From Candidatus Nealsonbacteria bacterium (lineage in GTDB: Bacteria; Patescibacteriota; Minisyncoccia; Minisyncoccales; PWPS01), in contig PUNQ01000054.1 of assembly GCA_003551845.1 (NCBI GenBank), positions 1 to 55,046 of the forward strand: 55,046 bases of DNA, in the 5' to 3' direction. The notes beneath the pieces were generated by a model. The model made no database searches. It was not told where the DNA came from and saw only the letters and a list, made by a program, of their open reading frames with translations. Each line of letters opens with the position of its first letter. Positions within the stretch are counted from its first letter, which is position 1. The position numbers were made by a program, and so were the translations under genes. Positions 46,798-55,046 of the stretch are shown here, one piece after another.

Positions 46798-48936
46798 ATG
46801 GGAAAGAAAAAGAAAAAAGGTGAAGAAAAAGCACCCTTCTTTTCGGACAAGATAAAGAGAATCATTACCGGCCTTCTTCTTATACTTTTATCACTGATAG
46901 GTGCTTTAAGTGCATTCGAAGGACTTGCCGGACGGGGAGGGGATTTTTTGCGGGAATTTGTTTTCATCCCGCTTTTCGGTGGCATGGCCGCCCTTATTCC
47001 TCTTTTACTCTTCGTCGCCGGCTGGATTTTTATAAAGACGGAATATGAAGACTTCGTATTTCCGCTGACCGCCGGTTTTTTATTGATTTTAGTGGGGTCA
47101 ACCGGATTTTTCACTACAATCGGAAATATATTCGGAATAATTGAAAACGGTAGAGACGTGGGTGGAGTAACGGGCTCATCAATCAGCGGACTGATGGAAT
47201 ATTTTTTGGGAAGATATGCCAGCATTCTCATTTTTTCAATATTTACTTTGATGGGCTTGGTCATATTTTGGCATTTACTTTATAAAGAGGCTTCTTTGGC
47301 AGGAGCCGTGGAAAACTTTTTTGAGAAAAGAAAAAAGAAAAAAGAATCTCAGCCTTCGGTGATTAAAAAGATATTTACGCCGGGATTCGAAACCAAAGAG
47401 ATAGATGAAAGCGTCGATTCGGAAGAAGTGGAGGAAGAGGAAGAGAAAAAAGAGCCGAGCACGGTAACGAGCAAAAATCTGGTTCCTCCCCTCAAATTAC
47501 TTGAAAAAGGAAAAGGGAGTGCCGATCCGGGTGATACGAAAAAGAATTCCAAGGTGATAAAAGACACTTTTTTCAATTTTGACATAGAGGTAAAAATGTC
47601 GGAAATAAATGTGGGGCCGACGGTTACTCAATACACCTTGAAGCCGGCGGAAGGAATTAAGTTGTCAAAGATAACTTCACTTTCCGATGATTTGGCTTTG
47701 TCTTTGGCCAAGCACCCTGTCAGAACGGAAGCACCGATACCCGGAAAATCATTAGTGGGAATAGAAGTCCCGAATGAAGACAGGGAAACGATTCGCCTGA
47801 GAGACCTTTTGGATAACGGCTATAAAAGACATGACTCCTCTTTAACTCTGGCGGTGGGAAAGGATGTTTCCGGAGAAAAAATTTATGCCGATCTTGCGAG
47901 AATGCCTCATCTTTTGGTTGCCGGTGCCACCGGATCCGGTAAAACCATATTTTTAAATACTTTAATTTTAAGCCTGATATACAAAAACTCCCCTGAAGAT
48001 TTGAGACTTATTCTGGTTGATCCGAAGAGGGTTGAGTTTTCTCTCTATAAACGATTGCCCCATCTTTTGACTTCGGTTATTTATGATGCGGAAAAAACTC
48101 ACAATGCTCTCGAATGGATGATCGGGGAAATGGAAAGGAGATTCGATGTTTTGTCGGAAGCGAAGAAAAGAAACATAGACAGCTATAACGATTGGGCCAG
48201 AAAAAAGAAAGACAAGGAGGTAATGCCTTATATCGTACTGGTCGTTGACGAGTTGGCCGATTTAATGGCAAAAAAGCAAAATGAAATTGAGAGTGGCATA
48301 GTCAGAATTGCTCAGATGGCCAGAGCGGTGGGAATTCACTTGATATTGGCAACGCAAAGACCGTCGGTAGAGGTCATAACCGGACTGATAAAAGCCAACA
48401 TAACTTCTCGAGTCAGCTTTCAAGTCGCTTCACAGGTGGATTCAAGAACTATATTGGATATGGGTGGAGCGGAAAGACTTTTGGGATCGGGAGATATGCT
48501 CTTTATCTCTTCCAACAGTTCCAAGCCGAGAAGAGTTCAAGGACCATATGTCTCCGAGGAGGAGGTCAAGTCGGTTGTCAATTGGCTGACGGATAAAAGT
48601 GAAGATCAGGACGACGGAGAAGATGATTTGAGTGAAGAACTGGAAGAAGAACTGGAAAAGGACAGAGCGCAAAGAATTGAAGACGATAGAGAAGAAGACC
48701 CTCTTTATGAAGACGCCAAAGAGCTGGTAATACGCGCCGATAAAGCTTCCGCTTCCATGCTCCAGAGGAAATTGAGAATCGGCTATGTGAGAGCGGCTCG
48801 AATACTCGACATGCTGGAGGCGAGAAATATTGTCGGACCGTCTCGTGGGTCAAAGCCGAGAGTCGTTTACGGAGAAAGTGGCAATCAAGACTTCTCCGAT
48901 GACGAAGAGTTCGATGATTTCAGTGAAGAAGATTAA
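46798..48936 (+). CDS. ftsK: DNA translocase FtsK/SpoIIIE
   Basis: 4 TM N-terminus, AGATGSGKT, DELADLM, ATQRPS, gamma domain SASMLQRKLRIGYVRAAR. Confidence 0.95.
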   Translation: MGKKKKKGEEKAPFFSDKIKRIITGLLLILLSLIGALSAFEGLAGRGGDFLREFVFIPLFGGMAALIPLLLFVAGWIFIKTEYEDFVFPLTAGFLLILVGSTGFFTTIGNIFGIIENGRDVGGVTGSSISGLMEYFLGRYASILIFSIFTLMGLVIFWHLLYKEASLAGAVENFFEKRKKKKESQPSVIKKIFTPGFETKEIDESVDSEEVEEEEEKKEPSTVTSKNLVPPLKLLEKGKGSADPGDTKKNSKVIKDTFFNFDIEVKMSEINVGPTVTQYTLKPAEGIKLSKITSLSDDLALSLAKHPVRTEAPIPGKSLVGIEVPNEDRETIRLRDLLDNGYKRHDSSLTLAVGKDVSGEKIYADLARMPHLLVAGATGSGKTIFLNTLILSLIYKNSPEDLRLILVDPKRVEFSLYKRLPHLLTSVIYDAEKTHNALEWMIGEMERRFDVLSEAKKRNIDSYNDWARKKKDKEVMPYIVLVVDELADLMAKKQNEIESGIVRIAQMARAVGIHLILATQRPSVEVITGLIKANITSRVSFQVASQVDSRTILDMGGAERLLGSGDMLFISSNSSKPRRVQGPYVSEEEVKSVVNWLTDKSEDQDDGEDDLSEELEEELEKDRAQRIEDDREEDPLYEDAKELVIRADKASASMLQRKLRIGYVRAARILDMLEARNIVGPSRGSKPRVVYGESGNQDFSDDEEFDDFSEED

Positions 48937-48954
48937 AATAAATCTCAATACTTT

Positions 48955-50019
48955 ATGGCTAAAAAGAAGAAAAAAGAAAAAAACAAGAAGGAGGCGAAGA
49001 AAAAAAATAAAGACAAAAAAAATCGTCTCGAAAAAAAAGAGCTGAAGGAGGCGATGAAAGAGATAAAGCAGAAATTCGGAGAAGGTTCATTGATGACTTT
49101 GAAGGATTTGAAAGCGGTTGATGTCGACAGCATACCGACCGGGTCGCTTTCTTTGGATATGGCTTTGGGGGTCGGAGGAATTCCCCGGGGAAGAGTGATA
49201 GAGATATACGGATCGGCATCTACCGGAAAAACGACCTTGGCACTTCATGTGGTTGCCGAAGCTCAAAAAAGAGACGGGATAGCCGCTTTTATAGACGTGG
49301 AAAACGCACTTGATCCCAACTATGCAAGGAAGATAGGAGTGGATGTCGATGAGCTTTTGATTTCCCAACCCGACTCGGGAGAACAAGCTTTACAGATTGT
49401 AGAAACTTTGGTGCGGTCGGGAGAAGTGGATGTTATCGTAGTGGATTCGGTTGCCGCCTTAGCTCCCAAAAGTGAAATTGCGGGAGAAGTCGGAGATCAT
49501 CAGGTCGGAAAACAAGCCAGATTGATGTCATCGGCCCTGAGGAAGTTGTCGAAAGTGATATCGGAGACCGATACCACGGTTATATTTTTAAATCAAACCA
49601 GAATGAAGATAGGTCAAACTTTCGGTAATCCCCGAACCACTTCCGGAGGATTGGCTCTTAAATTCTATTCGTCGGTAAGGATCAGCCTCAGTCGCAGGGC
49701 GCAAATAAAGAGTAAGGGAGAAATAATCGGAAATCGAGTAGTGGCCAAAGTCGTAAAAAACAAGGTGGGTGCTCCGTTCAGAAAGGCGCAATTCGATATT
49801 TATTACAATGAAGGAATATCCTATTATGGAGACTTGCTGAAAGTCGGTGTTGAGATGGAGGTGATTGACAAAGCGGGAGCCTGGTACAATTACGGGGATA
49901 AAAAATTGGGACAAGGGCAAAGCAACTCCAAAGATTTCTTGGAAGAAAATACAAAAATAGCAAAAGAGATAGAAAAGAAGATCAAAGAAAAGATAAAAGA
50001 AAAAAGAAGCGGAAAGTAG
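48955..50019 (+). CDS. recA: Recombinase RecA with a Lys-rich N-terminal extension
   Basis: [43 protein letters not shown]. Confidence 0.97.
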   Translation: MAKKKKKEKNKKEAKKKNKDKKNRLEKKELKEAMKEIKQKFGEGSLMTLKDLKAVDVDSIPTGSLSLDMALGVGGIPRGRVIEIYGSASTGKTTLALHVVAEAQKRDGIAAFIDVENALDPNYARKIGVDVDELLISQPDSGEQALQIVETLVRSGEVDVIVVDSVAALAPKSEIAGEVGDHQVGKQARLMSSALRKLSKVISETDTTVIFLNQTRMKIGQTFGNPRTTSGGLALKFYSSVRISLSRRAQIKSKGEIIGNRVVAKVVKNKVGAPFRKAQFDIYYNEGISYYGDLLKVGVEMEVIDKAGAWYNYGDKKLGQGQSNSKDFLEENTKIAKEIEKKIKEKIKEKRSGK

Positions 50020-50031
50020 ACAAGAAAAACA

Positions 50032-50066
50032 AAAAAAGCGCGAAGAGACTTCTTTGCGCTTTTTTT
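50032..50066. terminator. Bidirectional terminator between recA and rpsR
   Basis: aaaaaagcgcgaaga-gact-tctttgcgcttttttt. Confidence 0.8.
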
Positions 50067-50073
50067 ATTTTCT

Positions 50074-50280
50074 TTATTTTACTTTTTCTTGATAGGGCAA
50101 AAGAGCCAACTGCCGGGCTCTTTTTATAGCTCTGGAGAGCTTTCTTTGATGGCCGGCACAAGTTCCCGTTTTTTTTCTCGGTTTTATCTTGTGTGTTTTG
50201 TCGGTGAATTTCTGAAGGATTTCAATATCCTTAAAATCTATTCTTTCAACTTCGTGCTGGCAAAAATAACATTGCTTCAT
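50074..50280 (-). CDS. rpsR: 30S ribosomal protein S18 (Zn-binding form)
   Basis: CYFC, IDFKD, TGTCAGHQRKL..AIKRAR.LALLPY. Confidence 0.95.
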   Translation of the reverse strand: MKQCYFCQHEVERIDFKDIEILQKFTDKTHKIKPRKKTGTCAGHQRKLSRAIKRARQLALLPYQEKVK

Positions 50281-50334
50281 AACTTTTTTCAATTACTGGT
50301 TAACAATTAAATATTACTGATTATGGATTAACGA

Positions 50335-50778
50335 TTAAAAAGGTATGCCTTCCACGTCTATATCGTCATCTTCTTCGATGACGGGAATCTCTTCGTCCGC
50401 CTCTTTCTTTTGAGCTTTCGGCTTTCCTCCTCCTTTTCCGGATTCTCCGTCGGTCCTGGGTCCGAATTGAATATTTTGTCCCACTATTTCAGTATTGTAT
50501 CTCGTTTTCCCGTCTTGCCCTTCCCAGCTTCTCGTTTGCAATCTTCCCTCCACCAAGACGGAAGAGCCCTTGGACAAATAGCGGGTTATGTTTTCAGCCG
50601 TCTTCCCGAAAAAAACTACGTCGTGATACTCCGTTCTTTGTTGCCTTTCTCCGGATCCGTCAGTAAAAAAACGATTCGTAGCTACCGAAAAGTTGGCGAC
50701 GGAAGTTCCGGAATCGGTAACTCTTTTTTCCGGATCATCGGTCAAATTACCGGCAATTATAACTTTATTGAAGTTCAT
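50335..50778 (-). CDS. ssb: Single-stranded DNA-binding protein
   Basis: NKVIIAGNL, VEGRLQTRSW, acidic tail ending GIPF. Confidence 0.97.
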   Translation of the reverse strand: MNFNKVIIAGNLTDDPEKRVTDSGTSVANFSVATNRFFTDGSGERQQRTEYHDVVFFGKTAENITRYLSKGSSVLVEGRLQTRSWEGQDGKTRYNTEIVGQNIQFGPRTDGESGKGGGKPKAQKKEADEEIPVIEEDDDIDVEGIPF

Positions 50779-51227
50779 AATATTTCATCGATTTTTTCAT
50801 CGATTTCGTTTAGTTTTACTTTTTTCTCCTTTTTTGATTTCTTTTTTTCTTCATCTCGATCGATATCATCCTCGTCCGAATCTTCATCGTATTCTTTTTC
50901 TTCACTTTCGTCTTCTCTTTTCGGCTCTTCTTCCTTTTCAATGAATTCTTCGGAAACCAAGAGATGGCGCAACACTTTCTCTTCTTTTTTTAGCTTTTCA
51001 TCAACTAATTTAACCTCTTCCGAAGAGAGGTCGAAGTTGATTCTGGCGATGTAGGCCTCATTGAAGCCGCCGAGATCATAAGCCAGGTTTCTTTTTTTCG
51101 GGTTTTCAATTTTATAAAGCGTAGCTCCCGTTCCCTTCAATTTTTCAATGATTTCTTCGTTGAATTTGCCCGCATCTTCATCGGTTATCTTCGGTGTTAT
51201 TAAATATGTAAGTTCGTAAAGAGTCAT
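50775..51227 (-). CDS. rpsF: 30S ribosomal protein S6 with a long charged tail
   Basis: YELTYLI, RNLAY, VLRHLL; rpsF-ssb-rpsR gene order. Confidence 0.93.
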   Translation of the reverse strand: MTLYELTYLITPKITDEDAGKFNEEIIEKLKGTGATLYKIENPKKRNLAYDLGGFNEAYIARINFDLSSEEVKLVDEKLKKEEKVLRHLLVSEEFIEKEEEPKREDESEEKEYDEDSDEDDIDRDEEKKKSKKEKKVKLNEIDEKIDEIL

Positions 51228-52177
51228 ATTTTGAATTCAATTACGTCTCCGTTTTTAATTTTGTAATCGGCTCCTACCGCCTTAACCTTTCCCGCATTGC
51301 GTGCTTTTTTGAAAGATTTGGCACTAATTATATCTTCCGGACCGGTTATTTCCGCTCTTTTAAAATCCTCTTTAAAGTCCGAGTGAACTTTTTCAGCCGC
51401 TTCGGAAGCCGTTGCTCCTTTTTCTATCGCCCATCCTTGCACTTTTCTTCCCGCAACGGTGAAAAAAGTTATCAAATCAAATGCATTATAACACTCAACT
51501 AAAAAATCATCAAGGCGGGACTGAACTCCCAATTGCCTTTTTTCCTCGTCGGTAAGCTCTTTGATTTCTTCTTCGAGTTTCAAATCGATTGAGAATCCCG
51601 GTCCGGGTCCGTTGTAAAGCTTGAAAATCGGTTTCAATGTTAAAAATTGATACTCCTTTATCTTTTCGATCTCTTCCTCCGTTAAGTTGAGATCTTTAAA
51701 GCTTTGATTTTTCATCAAGGCGCCTTTAATCTTTTTTATGATTGACAGCTTTTCTTCATTTTTAACTTTTCCGATCAATTTTTCAGTTAATTCCAGATCT
51801 TTCATCAATAACTCTTTTTGAATGATTTTTTCTCCTTCATCCGGATTTTTTTGATCGAAAGATCCGATTACATGAATCAGGGCACTGCATCCTTTGACAT
51901 GGGAAAGAAATTTATTTCCCAATCCTTCTCCCTTGTGAGCTCCTTCGATAAGGCCGGCTATGTCAACGAATTTCATAACCGGATAAATTTTTTCTTCGGT
52001 TCCGGTGGCTTTCGCTATTTTATCAACTCTTTCGTCCGGAATTTTTACCATCCCCACATTGGGGTCTATGGTTGTAAACGGGTAAGAGTCTATGTCGACC
52101 TCCGCTTCCGTGAGAAGCTTGAAAAGGGTCGATTTTCCGGCGTTGGGCAAGCCTATTATCCCTATATTATAACTCAT
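51224..52177 (-). CDS. ychF: YchF/Ola1 ATPase (shortened)
   Basis: GLPNAGKST, YPFTTIDPN, DIAGL, LGNKFL, TGS domain ITFFT...GDVIEF. Confidence 0.88.
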   Translation of the reverse strand: MSYNIGIIGLPNAGKSTLFKLLTEAEVDIDSYPFTTIDPNVGMVKIPDERVDKIAKATGTEEKIYPVMKFVDIAGLIEGAHKGEGLGNKFLSHVKGCSALIHVIGSFDQKNPDEGEKIIQKELLMKDLELTEKLIGKVKNEEKLSIIKKIKGALMKNQSFKDLNLTEEEIEKIKEYQFLTLKPIFKLYNGPGPGFSIDLKLEEEIKELTDEEKRQLGVQSRLDDFLVECYNAFDLITFFTVAGRKVQGWAIEKGATASEAAEKVHSDFKEDFKRAEITGPEDIISAKSFKKARNAGKVKAVGADYKIKNGDVIEFKI

Positions 52178-52253
52178 GGTGATTTAATCATAACTCAAAT
52201 TCTTATCAGCCTCAAATTTTTATGATATACTGCTAAAAAATAAAAATATATTC

Positions 52254-53579
52254 ATGAATGAAGAAATATTCAAGACGTATGACATCAGGGGGATCGCTCC
52301 CGATTTTTTGAACGAAGAAGTTGCCTACGCGGTCGGTCGGGCCTTCGTAACTTTTTTAAAAAAAGAAAAGCCGGAGATTGTCGTGGGTAGAGACGGAAGA
52401 AAAACTTCAAAAAAGCTGTTTGAGAATCTAAAAAGGGGGCTGATTGATTCCGGTGCTCGGGTTTATGATCTCGGACTGGCGAACACGCCTTTGGTTAATT
52501 TTTCCGTATGCGACTCCGATTACGACGGCGGAATAATGGTAACCGCTTCCCACAACCCGCCGGAATATAACGGGTTCAAACTGATTCGGGAAAAAGGGCT
52601 TCAAATTCACGGCAAGGAGATAAAAAAGATTAAAAAGATAATAAAAAATGAAGAGTTTTCGAAAGGGAAAGGACTCGTGCGTGAGATAAATATTCTTCCG
52701 GACTATGTTTCACGAATATTGAATGCGGGTAAAAATGTGAAGGACTTAAAAGTGGTTGTCGATTACGGTAACGGAGTCGCTTCAGTGACCGGAAAAGAAG
52801 TTTTTGATCAATTGAATCTGGAGGTGATCAGTCTTTTTGATCGGGTTGACGGAAGTTTTCCCAATCATCTCCCCAATCCGGAACCGGAAAATATGGAGTA
52901 TTTGATAAGTGTCGTGAAAGATGAAGGGGCCGATTTGGGGGTCTTTTTTGACGGAGACGGGGACAGGGCCTTTTTTGTGGATGAAAAGGGTGAGATAGTC
53001 TATCCGGACCTCCTTACGGCACTTTTGGCCGAAGAGGAGCTGAAAAACACTAATGAAAAAACCGTTTATTTTGATCTCAGGTTTTCAAAAATTACTGCGG
53101 AAAAGATATCGGAAGCGGGAGGAATTCCGGAAATGATGCGAGTAGGGAACCCCTTTTATAAAGAAAAGCTGATTAATGAAGGCGGATTGATGGGTGCCGA
53201 GCTTTCCGGTCACGTAATGCACAAAGATCACTTCTGTATTGATGACGGTCTCTTTATCGCAGTCAAGTTAATCGACTTCTTAACCGATAGAGATAAAAGC
53301 TTCTCCGAGCTGGTGGCTCCTTTGAAAAAATATCATCAGAGCGAAGAGATAAATATGAAAGTGAAAGATAAAAATGAGGCATTGAAAAAAGCGAGAGATG
53401 CTTTTCCCGACGGTTTGAACTATGACCTGGACGGAGTTTATATCGAGTTTGAGGATTGGTGGTTCAATCTGAGAAAATCAAATACTGAAGATTTGGTCAG
53501 ATTGAGAATAGAGGCGTCAACGAAAAAGCTTTTGGAAGAAAAAAAGAAGAAGCTTGTTTCTTTGGTGAAGGGTTGCTGA
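52254..53579 (+). CDS. Phosphomannomutase/phosphoglucomutase
   Basis: FKTYDIRG, TASHNP, FDGDGDR, ELSGH, RKSNTE. Confidence 0.93.
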   Translation: MNEEIFKTYDIRGIAPDFLNEEVAYAVGRAFVTFLKKEKPEIVVGRDGRKTSKKLFENLKRGLIDSGARVYDLGLANTPLVNFSVCDSDYDGGIMVTASHNPPEYNGFKLIREKGLQIHGKEIKKIKKIIKNEEFSKGKGLVREINILPDYVSRILNAGKNVKDLKVVVDYGNGVASVTGKEVFDQLNLEVISLFDRVDGSFPNHLPNPEPENMEYLISVVKDEGADLGVFFDGDGDRAFFVDEKGEIVYPDLLTALLAEEELKNTNEKTVYFDLRFSKITAEKISEAGGIPEMMRVGNPFYKEKLINEGGLMGAELSGHVMHKDHFCIDDGLFIAVKLIDFLTDRDKSFSELVAPLKKYHQSEEINMKVKDKNEALKKARDAFPDGLNYDLDGVYIEFEDWWFNLRKSNTEDLVRLRIEASTKKLLEEKKKKLVSLVKGC

Positions 53580-53584
53580 AAACA

Positions 53585-53620
53585 AAACCACGCCCCGATA
53601 AGGGGCATGGCTTTTATTTT
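53585..53620. terminator. Terminator between the convergent pgm and trpS genes
   Basis: ccacgcccc-gataa-ggggcatgg imperfect stem followed by T tracts. Confidence 0.65.
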
Positions 53621-53642
53621 TTATAAAGAGAAGAGCTTTCTA

Positions 53643-54626
53643 CTAATTAATGAGCCCCATTTTTCTTCTTACCTCCACTATTTTCGAGGATGCCAAAGCA
53701 TTCGCTCTTTTTGCTCCCCGGGATAAAATTTCCTCGACATAAACTTCTCTTCTTTTCTCCAGCTCTTTTCTTTTTTTTCTAAAAGGGGCGAGAGACTCTA
53801 CCAAAACTTCGGTTAACTTTTCCTTAAAAATTTTATAACTAACTCCTTCCAGCTCCTTTTCGGACTCTTTCACGGTTTGGTTTTTGAATTCACTGTAAAT
53901 GACGAGAAGATTGGAAATGGCCGGCTTATTTTTTGGATCATAACATATCTTATTATCCGTATCGGTTACCGCCGACTTTATTTTTTCTTCTATTGTCTTC
54001 GGGTCATCAAAAAGAGAAATCGCATTTCCCTTTTTTCCGGATTTCGACATTTTATTTTTCGGGTTCTTCAAACTCATTATTCGGGCTCCTTTTTCCGGTA
54101 GCTTAGCTTTCGGTATTTTAAAAGTTTTGCCGAAATGTTTGTTGAATTTTTTGGCTATGTCCCTGGATAATTCTATATGTTGTTTCTGATCCTCTCCGAC
54201 CGGAACCAGTTCCGTATCATAAAGCAATATGTCGGCTGCCTGCAATATCGGATAATTCAAAAGACCGGCATTGGCTCTCTTTTTTTTGGCCTTTGATTTT
54301 TCCTTGTACTGAGTCATTCGCTCAAGCTCACCTATGGAAGTGACGGTATTCAAATACCAACACAGCTCCGTATGCTCTTTTACCTCCGACTGAACAAAAA
54401 CGGACGCTCTTTCCGGGTCTATTCCCGCTGCCAAATAAACTATGGCCGTGTTGATTATCGACTCTTTCAATTCTTCCGGACTGTAGTCGGAAGTGATGGC
54501 GTGCAGGTCAACTATGCAGTAGATACACTCGTTTTCATTTTGAAGCTTTATCCATTGTTTGATTGCTCCTATATAATTTCCTATGTGAATCTCTCCCGTC
54601 GGTTGTATTCCGCTGAATATTCTCAT
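53643..54626 (-). CDS. trpS: Tryptophanyl-tRNA synthetase
   Basis: FSGIQPTG.IHIGNY, YPILQAADIL, VPVGEDQ, KMSKS. Confidence 0.97.
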   Translation of the reverse strand: MRIFSGIQPTGEIHIGNYIGAIKQWIKLQNENECIYCIVDLHAITSDYSPEELKESIINTAIVYLAAGIDPERASVFVQSEVKEHTELCWYLNTVTSIGELERMTQYKEKSKAKKKRANAGLLNYPILQAADILLYDTELVPVGEDQKQHIELSRDIAKKFNKHFGKTFKIPKAKLPEKGARIMSLKNPKNKMSKSGKKGNAISLFDDPKTIEEKIKSAVTDTDNKICYDPKNKPAISNLLVIYSEFKNQTVKESEKELEGVSYKIFKEKLTEVLVESLAPFRKKRKELEKRREVYVEEILSRGAKRANALASSKIVEVRRKMGLIN

Positions 54627-54717
54627 AATTTGTTTTTAGTTGTTTTTAATCCTTGACTTCTTGATTATAAATCAATCGGGCGGTTACTTCAAAGTTTTAA
54701 GTGATTCGCTCTTTTAA

Positions 54718-55046
54718 TTAAACTTCTATCACTACGGGTAAAACTATGGGCCTCCTTTTTGTTTTGCTGTAGAGGAAATCTTCTATTTTTTGTTCCATCT
54801 CCTTTTTAATATGCTTGGCATTCGCTTTTTTTCTTGATTTGGAAGCCTCTTTGATTATTTCTCTGGTCTTTTTTCTGGTTTCGGCTAACAAGTCTTGCGA
54901 TTCTCTCAGATATACGAATCCTCTCGATATTATGTCCGGCGAGTTTTTTAATTTTTTAGTCTTTTTATCCAGAACGACTATAACTACGAATATTCCGCTT
55001 TCAGCCAATTCTTTTCTGTCATATAAGACGACTCCGCCGACATCTC
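54718..55046 (-). CDS. rnj: Ribonuclease J, C-terminal part (5' truncated by the window edge)
   Basis: PDIISRGFVY and RRPIVLPVVIEV C-terminal signature. Confidence 0.9.
   Translation of the reverse strand, partial: DVGGVVLYDRKELAESGIFVVIVVLDKKTKKLKNSPDIISRGFVYLRESQDLLAETRKKTREIIKEASKSRKKANAKHIKKEMEQKIEDFLYSKTKRRPIVLPVVIEV

Noticed and set aside
505..54656. Numerous antisense and alternate-frame ORFs in the track
   Set aside because: They are Phe/Ser/Ile-rich shadows of A-rich real genes with no recognisable motifs.

Overview
Chromosomal window from a small-genome bacterium, most likely Patescibacteria (CPR; Parcubacteria/Paceibacteria-like). This is inferred from the compact genes, short RpoB/ValS, tRNA-Arg(GCG), TrbC/VirB2-like pilins, a type IV pilus operon without pilQ, few Shine-Dalgarno sites and use of TGA as stop. 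Housekeeping genes (stand-alone Pol I 5'-3' exonuclease, mutM, holA, rpsT, rpsA, gyrA, valS, tsaD, recG, ligA, rodA, rpoB/C, ftsK, recA, rpsR-ssb-rpsF, ychF, trpS, rnj) surround 7 tRNA genes and a full type IV pilus cluster. The notable parts are: (1) a type IV pilin-FISUMP fusion whose last 59 codons look like a diversity-generating retroelement (DGR) variable region, flanked by 64-bp palindrome-containing direct repeats, with no RT or template repeat in the window; (2) a paralogous pilin with a different C-terminal domain and a MITE-like inverted-repeat element in its leader; (3) a signalling operon in which two kinase-less sensors end in the same coiled-coil motif next to a PAS-PAS histidine kinase and two stand-alone receivers; (4) two ~450-bp integrase-free, highly self-complementary elements that each duplicate the 3' end of the tRNA-Ser they follow. 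All calls come from reading the sequence; no database searches were run.
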